Assembly: GCA_951406725.2 (NCBI GenBank)
Contig: OX597815.1
Span: forward strand, 56,792,001 to 56,856,000
DNA from: Octopus vulgaris
Lineage: Eukaryota
Length of the DNA stretch: 64,000 nucleotides
Direction: 5' to 3'
Part shown: piece by piece, positions 12,526-24,964 of the stretch
Position numbering within the stretch: the stretch's first letter is position 1
How the letters are laid out: the number at the start of each line of letters is the position of its first letter
The notes under the pieces: model-generated
The model's input: only the letters and a program-made list of their open reading frames with translations
Databases searched by the model: none
What the model was told of the DNA's origin: nothing
Program-made: the position numbers and the translations under genes

Positions 12526-15350
12526 ATGATGATTAAGTTAGGGTGTATAAATGTGCATGGTCTGAGGTCGAAATTGAAGCCAACATGCCTCTTAAACGAC
12601 CTCAGGTCAGGGAAGATAGATATATGTGTTGTGCCTGAGTCCAAGCTGAATGGCCCACCGGCGTTCTTGCCTCTTCTGAACGACTACGAGAAGTTTATTT
12701 CTCCGAATCAAGGAAGGGGTAGGGGCGTTGTGGTGCTGTTCAAAAAAAGCCTAGACATACAGGTAAGTACAGTCTTTCTAGATCCAGAAGGTAGGCTGGT
12801 CGTTCTGGATGTGACACATGTGAGTAAGCAGTCCTTCAGGTTGGTGGCAGTCTATGCTCCAAAAGAGGATAGTCAAACAGTCTTTTTTCGAGACTTGGAG
12901 AATTTCCTAGTAATGTCGAAAACTTTAGTTTTAACAGGAGACTTCAACACTATTCTCAATGTCTGAGTGGATAATGTAGGCTCAAATAATAGAAAAGGAA
13001 GCCCTGGCCTAAAAAGGCTTCTAGTGAGCTATAAACTAGTAGACCGATACAGACTGGTTGAACCTCTCACTCCACAGTAGACATGGTCTAATAACGACGG
13101 TTCACTCAGGTCTTACTTAGATAGGGTTATGATAAAAGATAGTGATAGAGATATAGTTAGTTGTCCACATTTTCACTGTGCCTCTTACATGGATCACAAA
13201 TTTGTGACATTTGAGGTGCAGTTAGCTAAGTGTCATAGACAGGGGCCCAGGTACTGGAAATTGAACAAGTCTATTTTGACTAGTAACGTCTTCCATACCC
13301 GGGTTAGGGAGATAGTACAGAGGGCATTATGCGGAGCTGACATGAACAACAGATTGTGGTGCACCCTCAAACGAGCCATTTGTTTAGAGGGGACTAGAAT
13401 AGAAGGGCAGTTAACTAAGGAATTAGAGGAGGACATAGCATCAGGCTCTGCATCCAGAGTGTTGGCAGCGAGAACGGTATTATTTCGGCACCTCCAAGCC
13501 AAACATGAAGGGTGTAGAGTCAGGGCTAAGTTACGCACAGTGGGCAGAGAAGGTATTAACGTTGCTGGATAGGCTTGTCGTGTGGAGAGTTGGAGAGGCA
13601 GAGAAGCCTCTGTACAGTCTTTAATTGACGAACAGGGTTGCTTGATTGAAGGACAGGAAGAGATGCAGAAGGCTTTTCATCAGCATTTCGCCCAGTTGTT
13701 CGGAACGAGCGAGGCGTTGGACCATGGGGAGCCCTTAAAGGAATTGCTGGCTGACAGGCCGTGACTCTCTGCAAGTGAGGTGAAGTGCTGTGAAGGGCCT
13801 ATCATGGCTGCAGAGGTCGAAGAGGTGCTGGCCGAATGTGCTCAGGACAAGTCGCCGGGGCTGGATGGTCTGCCCTACGAGTTTTACAGTAGTATGCCGG
13901 ACTTGTTTGAACACTTGCTGGCTTGCGTGTACACAAACTGGCAGCAGAATGGGAGAATTCCCAGTTCTGTAAGTTGGGGAGTGGTAACACTGGTCAGAAA
14001 AGACCCGAGCAAGAGGGACCATATTAGTAATTTCAGGCCCATAACTCTGCTAAATATAGAGTTAAAGATTTTGGCCAAGGTGCCAGCAAAAATGTTGATG
14101 GTTGTTGTGGAAAAACTTGTTGGGAAGGTGCAAACATGTGCCATCCCTGGCAGGTCGATCTAGGACAATCTTCATCTCTTACGCTACACCTTAGACAGGG
14201 TAGGTAAAGTTTCCGGTAATGGTGGGGAACTGGTTCATTTAGACCAAAGTAAGGCCTTCGATAGGGTTGACCATTGATACCTGGCGGCAGTCCTTGAGGT
14301 GGCTGGGCTGGGCCCAGATTTCCGCGGTTGGATCAAGGCCATTTATGGTGGCATCAAATCCACAGTTCAGTTGAACGGTTACCTGTCGGAGCTGTTCGAG
14401 ATCAGGCATTCAGTTCGTCAAGAGTGCCCTCTGTCTCCGCTTCTGTATGTACTGACTCTCGAGCCATTGCTGCGGAAGTTGGAAAGCACCACTAATGAAA
14501 TCAGATGTGGTAAGAGTGTCTCTGCGTATGCGGATGACGTCACCATCACTGTATCCAAGATGACTCAGCTACCTCGTGTAGCGGAGGCAATCAGAAGATA
14601 CGAGATGGTGGCAGGGGCAAAAGTTAATATGAACAAGTCCATTGGTTTGCGGTTCGGCACCTGACGGATGGTCCTGTTGCTTGGAGTCTGGTTTGGTCCA
14701 GGCTCCCAGATGGAGAAGAATTGGAGTGAGCTGACGAACAAGGTAGAAGCGCTAACCCTGACCTGGTCGGGAAGAGCGTTATCCTTGAAAGGAAGAGCGG
14801 AGGTGGTGCAGACGTTTATTGCGTCTGTTATCACCTACCGCCTGACCGTTGTCCCTTGCCCCGATTTGTGGTTAAACAAGCTGGTTCAGATTCTCTTCCG
14901 CTTTTTGTGGTGGGGAAAGCCGTTTGTGAGGCACTCCGTGTGCTGTCAAGAACCGTTAAAGGGTGGCCTAGGGATGCCGTGGTTGCTGATGTGCAAACAT
15001 GCACTGAGACTAAGGTATCTCTGGCTTTACCTGGATGGTGGTCAGGTGTGGAATTCGCTCCCAGGGGAATTCTTTCCACGCCCAGCCTCCCTGGAGGAAT
15101 TTAAACCCAGTTTGATTAAAAGACAAAACACGACTGAATGGCAAAAGGAATGTTGGCAGGCACTTGCGCTAATCCACAAGGCGGGTAAGGCTGGCAGCAG
15201 AAATACCACCTCTGCATTGTACAAAGGGTTGGTAGAGTTTAAAAGTGACGACGTTCTAGGAGAGACTCTGGCACCTGTCGAAAAGAGCATATGAGGAAAG
15301 ATGTGGTAAGGAAGTTGGGAGTGATTGTCCCTACTTAACTCATCCATAGT
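12526..15350 (+). pseudogene. Tx1 ORF2 (APE endonuclease + reverse transcriptase), disrupted
   Basis: INVHGL, VAVYAP, TGDFN, DHK, KSPGLDGLPYEFY, NFRPITLLN, PLSPLLY, AYADDVT; multiple in-frame stops. Confidence 0.9.
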
Positions 15351-15823
15351 AAAAAGAAAAGGTGTAGCCGTTGGAACTTGATAAACGGTAAAATGAAGTA
15401 ATATCAAAATTAAAAAAAAAAAACATATGAATCAATTTGTAATATATTTTCATAAAAAAACTCTCTAAATAACCCCTTTTAAATGTTTGTAGTGCCTTGT
15501 GCTGTCTCTTCTATGTTTGATTGTAATAATCGTAATAAAGAGAATGAGCAAGACTCAGAAACATGTCTCTGGATGCAGGCCTAGCTGTTGGGGGTGCTTG
15601 TCTCCTCTTTGTAAACATAAGGACACAGGAAATGTGTCAAAGCCGACAGGAAGCATTGATGCTTCCTAGGGCTAAATAGCGGTGGTGTGATTCCCTTTAT
15701 GGGACTGTCACGTTAAGTTGACAGTATACAACTGCTGTATCGCTCCACCACTGCTTATATCTCTTTGAGATATTTAGAAATCTAATATTTCTATTTATAT
15801 ATATATAATATATTATAAATATA

Positions 15824-17445
15824 CAGTGGCGGCCCAAATGTTCAGAACGGCATTGTTTTCATCAGAAAAGTAGATATAATTTTTTATCAAAGTTGTTTTA
15901 TATTCTATAATTTTCACAGACAATAAATACGATATTATTTGTTATTGCCTGAGATTTTGGTGTAATTTGAGAGGATAATACATAAGTTATGGATGATTTA
16001 GTGATTTACTGCAAAACCCATGGTGGCCAAAATTATCAGAACGGTTGCTTTTACTCCGTGTTTTAGTATATTTAACTGGTGAACTCTAATGTTTTGAATT
16101 TGTTTAGGTGATGGTTCGTTTACTAAACATTAGTAAGAATATTTGCAGTGTACTTTGTTAATATAATGCCACTTACTCCGTTACCAATTCGTCAGCAGAT
16201 TATTAAGCTTCGAAGGAAGGATAATTTAAGTATTAGATCTATTGCAAAGATTGTTAACAAGTCAAAAAGTGTTGTATATGGTATTCTTAAGGTCTACGAT
16301 GATTGTGGTTTGTGTGAAGCAAGAAAGTTTACAGGTAGGCCAAGAAAAACGACCAAGAGAGAAGATCGTGCTATGGTAGTGCTATGGTAAAGTTGGTTAA
16401 AAAGGACAGATTTAAAACTGCTGCTGCTGTTTCTCGGAAAATGAGCATTGTATTGAAGAAAACTTTATCTCGAAAAACTGTGTCTCGTCGTTTAGTTGAT
16501 CATGACCTACAAGCAAGAGCACCTGCAGTGAAGCCACTGATCAGCTCCAAGAATAAAAAGTGTTGTCTTACCTTTGCAGCCGAACATGTGTTGTGGTTTC
16601 AAGAAAAATGGCGAACGGTGCATTTCAGTGATGAATCTAAGTTTATATTATTTGGCTCAGATGGGAAAAGGTACGTTCGTAGAAAAGTAGGTGAAAAATT
16701 GTCGCCTAAATGCCTTAAGACTAGTGTTAAATTCGGTGGAGGAAGTGTCATGGTTTGGGGGATGATATCTGGAGATGGTGTGGGCCCTTTGGTGCAATTA
16801 CATGGAAAGGTAAATGCAGGAGTTTATAAACAACTTGTAAAAGATCATGTCTTGCCTGTGCTGAGAAATTCAACTAAGCGACCACCCATATTCATGCAGG
16901 ACAATGCCCCATGTCACAAGGCTAAGGTGGTCATGAACTTCCTCAAGGCTGAAAAGGTCATTTTTATAGATCTCAATCCTATTGAAAATGTATGGAATAT
17001 TCTAGGAGAACGTTCGAAAGCCAGAAATCCTAAAACAACTGAGCAATTATGGAATTCTTCAGGAAGAATGCCCTTCAGGAAGATCACCTAGCAAGAAATT
17101 GAAAATTTAATTTCCTCATGCAGTCGAAGATGTCAGAGTGTGATTGAAGCTAAAGGGCTTCACACTAAATATTAAATAATTCCAGTATTCTCTGTCATTT
17201 TTGATTATTTTGTTATCTTTTCAACCGTTCTGATCATTTTGGTCGCCATGGGTTTTGCAGTAAATCACTAAATCATCCATAACTTTTGTATTATCCTCTC
17301 AAATTACACCAAAATCTCAGACAATAACAATTAATATCGTATTTATTGTCTGTGAAAATTATAGAATATAAAACTACTTTGATAAAAACTTATACTTACT
17401 TTTCTGATGAAAACAATGCCGTTCTGAACATTTTGGCCGCAACTG
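15824..17445 (+). mobile_element. Tc1-family DNA transposon, 1622 bp, ~220-bp IR/DR-type TIRs, TA target duplication
   Basis: TA|CAGTGGCGGCC...GGCCGCAACTG|TA; outer and inner direct repeats (ggcc.aaat..tcagaacgg) in each TIR. Confidence 0.95.
16166..17175 (+). pseudogene. Tc1 DDE transposase, disrupted
   Basis: HTH, GRPRKTT, FSDESKF, VMVWG, MQDNAPCH, DLNPIENVW, GLHTKY*. An 11-bp tandem duplication (gtgctatggta) frameshifts it; the WPxxSP motif is deleted; stop at 17089. Confidence 0.9.
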
Positions 17446-17604
17446 TATATATATATATATGTATGTATATATATATATATCAAATGGATGTTTTATAAAA
17501 CTATTCCTCACACACAATAACAGCCATACCAAGAATCCAACATACCTCCCTCATCAGCTGCCCCACAGATATCCCTATGGTTTCAACACATAATATATAT
17601 ATAT

Positions 17605-19190
17605 GGCAAAAAGAAAATGGAAGGGATACAAAAATGACATACATCTGCAGGTAGACATTGTATTATGTTTATTTATTCCCAAACAAAAGGGAGTATTATA
17701 AGAATACATAAACATGCAAAGACTGTGTGCTACACAAATATATACTAGTAATACATAAAAGAGTAAAAGATCAAAAGATCAGTTCATTACACCCATTTCT
17801 GCCAAGAGGCCACGATATCATCCATGCTAGCACCATTTCTTCAGTGTTCTGTAGAGATGGGTAGATAGAGTTTGGTTGTTGAGTAGAGCATCTAAATGTT
17901 TAGGAGAGCCGATACATACAAAAGTCAGTTACGAATAGGTACAGTATATTTTTCTTATTGAAGAAGGCATAAGAAGATTAGGAGCAAGACTTAGAGTGTG
18001 AGAGGAGTAACATTTAGTAAAATGGATTAGGTATAGGAAAGAGAAATAAGTCATAGACTTCAAGTGTTGCCTTCCAAGATTCATGTTATTTTGTTCAGTG
18101 GTGGATATGTAGGTATATTCATTCTAAGGATGAGTTTTTTAGGAAGGGTAAATTTAGGCAGTGGTTCATATTTTGTTTACATATCCCTTAGTTGATTGGC
18201 TTCCCAACTGCTAACTATCATGGAAATATATAGTATAATTAAGATTTGGTTGAATTAGGTACTTAAATTGAAGTACCTTGTTAGGTCAATCTAATTTGTG
18301 CACCCAAACAATATCAGGTGAATATCAAACTCTGTGCACACTTGTTTGCACTTGATATTCTTGCAGTGATTGCAAATAACACAACCCAACTTAGTGAAGA
18401 AATCTGCTCTTGGTTGTTCAGACATGTACTTTATATAAACATAGAAAAATATTTTCTATAAAATTTCCAAAGTGCAGATTCCAAGGTAGGTGAATAAAAT
18501 ATAAATGAGTAACAAAGATGTGCAGGTGTCAATCATTACGGTTGTTTCAAGTGATTTCTTTAATTGATTAATGAAAACATTACATCAATGCAAAGAAACT
18601 GTTTTTGTCAGATGACTGCATAGACTTCAAATACAAAGGACAAACCAACTGCTTTAACATATTTGTATCACCAACAGAGCTCAAATGTTTCCATTGATTC
18701 TGCTGCTATATCTTTGGCAGAATGAGTTTAGAAAAATAGTCTATGTAATGTCGAATCTACTAGAATTTTGTGGTTAGTGGAGATTATAATGGGGGAAGGA
18801 ATAATTGAGAGTAATTACCTATACTTCAAAGACAATAGGGGGAATGTAGTCCTCAATCATCCAAAATTAATATTTTAGGAGTTGTAGCTGTATGCTAGAC
18901 AAAGGCGATAAATTAACTAATATAATGACAACCTGCTAGACTAAGTACTGGAACCTTATATCTGGCTTTGTCTCCACCAAAGGGTAAGGCTTGGGTGGTA
19001 AAAAAATACCTGGTGGGGAAGGGGTGATAGTTGGAAGAAAGAAGGATAGGAAGAGCTAATAATACTTATTTTGATTGGCATCTTAAAGGTGAAGGTAATG
19101 AAAAAAAAATAAAGGAATAAGTATTAGAAATTAGGAGTGGAAGATAAGTACAGAGAATAAGGGAAGGAGTACATTACAACTTTGCATATT
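17605..19190 (-). mobile_element. Highly degenerate Penelope-like remnant
   Basis: Starts at a (TA)n tract; weak GIY-YIG-like remnant near 18330-18400; HHR-like halves near 17790-17850. Confidence 0.3.
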
Positions 19191-19197
19191 TATAATA

Positions 19198-20185
19198 CTA
19201 GCATTATGACCCGGCGTTGCCGGTTCATAGTGCTAGTTTGGTAAAAATTTGTTAAATTAAAAATTTGGGGTAATAAAACATACATTGACATAAAAAGATG
19301 AATTAAAATTCCAGAGAAAAATACATAGAAGATAAATATACAAGTTTACAAAAATACATAAAAGTTCATCTACGGGCCGTTTCGGAGATGCACCAATTAA
19401 TATGAAACATATCATATATTTAAAATAGACACTCCCCTCATCAGGATATTTTTTACACACAACACATAGTACACGGAAACAAATGCACAATTACATACCT
19501 GCTACATGCGAAAGACCAGACATTACGTACTCCCAAAAATTCTCATAGATACTGAATGCTACTTTATAAGCATATAATTCAATCTAGCAGCTATAGTAAA
19601 TGGTATGCGCACAGCTCCATCTAGAATAATTCACTTCTGCACTCAATTAAATTTGTCATCTTTTAATTTCTCCCATTCAGGCAAAGCCGCATATTCGAGT
19701 TCAAGTCCTTTATACATTTTATACTAATTGCTATTTTTTCTTTTAATTGTTATATTACGATTTAATTACCATTTTAATAAAATAAAATATATTTAATTAC
19801 TACTTACTATATTTACTATATTTAATTTAATTGTTATTATTACCTCTAACTTTTATTGCAATTTTTATTTCTAAATTTCTTATGGAACGTCGAGTGGATC
19901 TTATGCGTACAATATATTTTTATATGATGTTTATATATTTATATATTACTATATATTTCTAAACGTCGGGCTTTATGTCTGTTCTGTAGATATAGATGAA
20001 TATATGAATATATGTATGTGTTTGATCTTTCTGTGGATTTTGTAGTGCTCTTGTAGTTGCTGCTCGCATTGCCTCCCCTCGGATTAAAAAGTGTATACAG
20101 CTCATTTGAGCACTACTATTCCAGTCTGTTATATATTTTGAGCATTGTTGTCACTAATGATCTCAAGATATAACTTTATATTTTG

Positions 20186-20224
<39 letters not shown>

Positions 20225-20481
20225 CATATACATACAATAGACAGATGTTTTTGTTTCACTTTTAACACGTAATACTGAAATAGTGGAGAAGATATGATAT
20301 TGCTGTGGGCTCACTCTAGGCAAGAAGTTAAACATTTTTTTTTGCCCATGACACTACATGGACCCTAAGTAAGGAATGTGTAAAATTTGAATGAAATTGG
20401 TTGTGTAGTTCTCAAGTTTTAGGGAAACACACAAACAGACAGACAGAGAGACATACATTCTCAGTTTTAAATATAGAGAGA
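19198..20481 (-). mobile_element. Non-autonomous Helitron with internal PLE-like insert
   Basis: Minus strand A|TCTCTCTATAT...hairpin (ccggcaacgccggg)...CTAG|T, inserted between A and T. Confidence 0.7.
19367..19449 (-). ncRNA. Type-I hammerhead ribozyme motif
   Basis: tatc CTGATGA gggga...(AT-rich loop)...tctcc GAAA cggcccg TA gatg; GUA triplet; short stem I. Confidence 0.65.
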
Positions 20482-20635
20482 TTAAAGCAAGATATAATTA
20501 AATATATAGATGAAGGCTAGAAGTTTTACTTGAAAATTTTAATAAGGAGATACTTTAAGATACAAGAGAAATATTGTCTTTTCATAAATTGAGTGTATAG
20601 AATGTCCTGATAAAATATTATATGATGAATGTATA

Positions 20636-21365
20636 ATCATCATCATCATCATCATCATCATCGTTTAACATCCGTTTTCCATGCTAGCATGGGTTGGACG
20701 GTTTTGACTGAGGGCTGGCAACCAGATGGCTGCACCAGGCTCCAGTCTTGATCTGGCAGAGTTTCTACTGCTGGATGCCCTTCCTAACGCCAACCACTCC
20801 GAGAGTGTAGTGGGTGCTTTTTATGTGCCACCTGCACGGGGGCCAGTCAGGCGGTACTGGCAATGACCTTGCTCGAATCTTTTTAACACGTGCCAACGAC
20901 ACAGATGCCAGTGAAGCGACGTTGGTAACGATCATGCTCGAATGGTACCCTTCTACGTGCAATGGGTACGGAAGCCAGTTGGCTGCTCTGGCAACGATCA
21001 CAGTGATCACGCTCAGATGGTGTTCTTGGCACCCTACCAGCACAGGCATAAGTGCCAGTAAGGTGATACTGGTAATGATCATACTCAAATAGCGTCTCTG
21101 TCAACGATCACACTTGTATGGTGCTCTTTGCACCCCACTAGCACGGATGCCAGTCATCGAAATGATTTTGATTTTGATTTCACTTGCCACAACAGGTCTT
21201 CGCAAGCAAAGTTTAGTGACCAAAGAAGGAAAAGCTACGCATAAGCGGGCTGGTTATGCTTCCAGCATAGGCCACAGGTTATGGTTTCATCTGGCTTGCC
21301 GGGTCTTCTCAAGCACAGCATATTTCCAAAGGTCTCGGTCACTAGTCATTTCCTTGGTGAGGCCT
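20636..21365 (-). mobile_element. RTE 3'-end fragment with (GAT)n tail
   Basis: Matches 2488-3110; ORF end DRDLWKYAVLEKTRQAR. Confidence 0.8.
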
Positions 21366-21430
21366 TTTCCTAATATAGTAATATAGTATTTTATATGTAT
21401 CAGCCTTAAGGCTGAAACATATAAAAGAAT

Positions 21431-21549
<119 letters not shown>

Positions 21550-21752
21550 AGTTTATTTATAAAGTTAAATATTTTTGGGCCAGATATATACGTTTGAATT
21601 TATTCATTGGTATGCTACTCTGGTGTCACATGTCGTTTATGAGGACATTCTGAGGTGAATCCATGATGTATGAACATAGAACTGAGTGCATGTGTACTTA
21701 CTTTGTGTTTTCAGTACGTATTGCAGTTTTATGTTTATGCATTTAATTAGCA

Positions 21753-21848
21753 GCCTTACTGATGAGCTACAGATGATTAAATAATCAATTAATTATCTTA
21801 TTAGTTGTTTTATTTGGTCAGTAGTAGCAAAACTTATAAGTATAAGGT
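21753..21848 (+). ncRNA. Degenerate type-I hammerhead motif (GAAA mutated to AAAA) in an insert between (TA)n tracts
   Basis: gcctta CTGATGA gctac...gtagc AAAA cttataag TA taaggt; all three stems pair; palindromic stem III. Confidence 0.65.
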
Positions 21849-22015
21849 TTACTATATTTTATTCACTCAAATGTCTTGCTTGCATACAAATCAACTTGCT
21901 TTAATGTAAGAATATTTTTTCATGGTTTTAGGCTTTGACTGCCATTTTTAGCATGTAAGAAATCCACATGGTGGTTTTCTCTTTGTGTACGTTTCATATG
22001 CTATTATATTTAAAA

Positions 22016-22060
<45 letters not shown>

Positions 22061-22118
22061 TATATAGATAGATAGATAGATAGATAGATACATATATTTA
22101 CATATATACATCTATATC

Positions 22119-22412
22119 AGCACAGGAGTGCTTCCCAACCACATGCTTCCCGGTTCAGTCCTGTTGCATGGCACCTTGGACAAGTGTCTTCTACTATAGT
22201 CTCAGGCCGACCAAAGCCTTGTGAGTGGATTTGGTAGACAGAAGCTAAAAGAAGCCTGTCATATATATACAAGAATATGTATACGTATGTATTTGTGTGT
22301 CTGTTTTTAACCCCCCCCCCCCACTGTCACTTAACAACTGATGTTGGTGAGTTTATGTCCCTGTAACTTAGTGGTTCAGCAAAGAGACCAATAGAATAAG
22401 TACTTGGCTTAC
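22119..22412 (+). mobile_element. SINE (octopus-type, tRNA-related head, partly deleted)
   Basis: cacaggag..cccggttcagtcc..gcaccttggacaagtgtcttctactatag..ccaaagccttgtgagtggatttggtaga; related copy at 57240-57400. Confidence 0.6.
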
Positions 22413-22437
22413 AGTCAAATGACAAATAAGTAAAATA

Positions 22438-22484
<47 letters not shown>

Positions 22485-22487
<3 letters not shown>

Positions 22488-22720
22488 TCATCATCATAAC
22501 TGTTGTTTAACGTCTGCTTTCTAGGCTGGCAGGAGTTGGACGGTTTGACTGAGGACTGGAAAGCCAGAAGGCTGCACCAGGCTCCAGTCTGATTTGGCAA
22601 GGTTTCTACATCTGGATGCCCTTCCTAATGCCAACCACTCTGAGAGTGTAGTGGGTGCTTTTTACATGCAACCAGCACAAGGGCCAGTTAGGCATTACTG
22701 GCATCAACCACACTTAAATG
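22485..22720 (-). mobile_element. RTE 3'-terminal fragment
   Basis: ctggatgcccttcctaatgccaaccactctgagagtgtagtgggtgc, shared with the other RTE tails. Confidence 0.7.
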
Positions 22721-22743
22721 GGTTCCACACACACACACACATG

Positions 22744-24112
22744 TCTTATATATAATAAAACAGAAGATGTGTGTGTGTGTTCACAGGCTTTTTTCTTGGA
22801 CCCCCTTATAATCAATATTTTGATCCGATTTTATTCATGCTAGGAACATACATCACTTATGTTACAGAGATGGTTATAGACTCTACAAATTTTCCCTAAG
22901 GGATGAAAGCACCTTCTCATAGGTAAATAGCAAATACCAACGATTGTTGCTTTAAGGGTCATTACTCTTGATGATGTAGTCATGCTACTTTCACTTCATC
23001 TTCTACTACATCTTCTACAATGCCAATTCACTGCAAACCGCCAATATCTGCACATTAGCACTTCCTTGAGGTAGCCATGCAATTTAAATCAACTTTTAAT
23101 TATTTTTTAAATGCTTTAAGACAATGTTTAGCTAGAATGGCCTAAGGTTCAAACGTCTCACCCCTTCCTAAGACCATTGTGACAATTTTCTGAACCCACT
23201 CAGCAAACAATAGTACAACAAACATCATTCAGGTATTCAACTTAATCCCACTCTATCTTCACTTTGCAGATAACCCTGCAATGCCACCTAGGAGAAACAG
23301 AGCTCGCATTGGTAGACTTTTATTCATTGCTGTCAAAGCCAGAAGATATTGGGATACTGAAACTCAAAACCAGAGGTCCCACAGACTGTCCCAGCAGGCT
23401 GCCTATGATGCCACTGCCTGTGCAATACATGCACCTGCAACTTCTGCAACGATTAAGACTTCAAAGTCTGAAGAAGAGCTTGTGATCCACCAAGCCCATC
23501 ATGCTGCAACTGTTGCTGCTGCAGGGCTACCGAGTCACCTCAACAATGGACTATCCCATTGGCACGTCTTGCCAAAAATGCTTCAACTGCAAGGGCTACT
23601 GAGTCACCTCAACAATGGGCTATCTGGTTGGTGTGTCTTACCAAAAATGCTTCAGTTGCAACAGCTGTAGACTCTCCACAACAGTGCACAGCCTGAAGAA
23701 AGCGTAATGCTGAAACTACTGCTGCTGCAAGGACTTCACAGCATGCTCTGACATTTATTTTTGTACATGCCATTATTCTATTTGTGTGTTTATGACTTTC
23801 ATTGACAAAAGATTCAATGCGGTTGTGTCAGGCATTATGAGTAAAATAACTACATGCTAAAAATACTTTAGGTAAGATATAGGATCCCTAATGCCTACTG
23901 CAATTGCGAACTTATTTCATGGACTTTCATCTATTACTAACTGCCAAATTTGTGTTCAAAGAACTTTATTCATTACCTTGGTTGCATAATACCATATAAT
24001 AAACTGCTAACAAAATTGGTAATTACACATTTTACATTTATCAACTTGTAACGACATCTAACTGCACCATTATAATAAATTACACCATCCAAAGGACAGG
24101 TGCATTTGCTAG
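22744..24112 (+). mobile_element. Internally deleted Helitron
   Basis: 5' TCTTATATATAATAAA; 3' decayed hairpin ccatcc-aaa-ggacagg then CTAG|T; remnant ORF start MPPRRNRARIGR resembles Helitron Rep/Hel N-termini. Confidence 0.6.
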
Positions 24113-24117
24113 TATAT

Positions 24118-24962
24118 ATATATAAGGAAAAGAACCTGAAAATGCAGGAGTCCTTTAAAAGTATTTATTAACTTAACCGGTTTCACTAATTGAAAAGATT
24201 TTCAAAAGTAAAGAGTGAGGTTTTGTGTATCCTCCGTGGTGTCAAAAATTACTCTATAAAAATGTATTCAAATCAAATGATAGAGTCTTTGACAATGATA
24301 AGAAAAGTTTTGAGGCTTTGTGTATCCTCTGTGATGAGTCAAAAAATAGTTTACATAAAAACATTCAGACCAGGTAATAAATCTTTTATTTTTTTATAAT
24401 GATAAGAATAAAAAATTAGTTTACATGACTATATTCCGATCAAGTCTTTGACAAAGGTGGCAAGCTGGCAGAAATGTTAGCACACCAGGCAAAATGCTTA
24501 GCGGTATTTCATCTGTCTTTACATTCTGACTTCAAATTCCACCGAAGTCAACTTTGGGGTTGATCTAATCGACTGGCCCCAACTCCCCAAAAATTTCAGG
24601 CCTTGTGCCTAGAGTAGAAAAGAGTAGAGTCTTTGACAAGGAGATAAAATATGTATATCCTCTGTGATGAGTCAAGAAATAGTTTACATAAAAACATTCA
24701 GATCAGGTCAAAATTTTTTTGTAATGATTAGAAGATATAAATTAGTTTACATGAATATATCCTGATCAAGTAATAGAGTCTTTGACAAGATAGAATATGC
24801 AACAGACCGTTTAAAGTTCTCGGATCTGGCTTCTAAGGGTCTTGCATCAGGCTGGAGTTTGGCAGAGTTTCAATCCTTCTGTATAAAATCTTATCATCAT
24901 TAAAAAATTTTATTATCTGATCTGAATGTTTTTATGTAAACTATTTCTTGACTCATCACTCA
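24118..24962. repeat. Direct plus inverted ~170-bp repeat complex (PLE pseudo-LTR-like) interrupted by a SINE at ~24455-24624
   Basis: tatcctctgtgatgagtcaa..aatagtttacataaaaacattcaga at ~24323 and ~24656, inverted at ~24917-24960. Confidence 0.6.
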
Positions 24963-24964
24963 GA

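Larger units (their letters stand above)
11067..15795 (+). mobile_element. Near full-length Tx1/L1-type LINE (family A), inactivated
   Basis: ORF1 with CCHC knuckle, ORF2 APE+RT, ~450-bp 3' region; stops, frameshifts and a deletion at ~15270. Confidence 0.9.

Noticed and set aside
17785-17850. CTGAAGA...GAAA hammerhead-like halves on the minus strand
   Set aside because: Stems I-III do not pair convincingly and the cleavage triplet is not NUH.
23281-23670. 129-aa ORF as a host gene
   Set aside because: Lies inside Helitron termini and looks like a decayed Helitron N-terminal repeat region.
24170-24850. Two possible decayed hammerheads (24170-24210 and 24797-24852, minus strand); another at 40685-40732 (+)
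   Set aside because: Core substitutions and weak stem II; plausible relics but not supportable as features.
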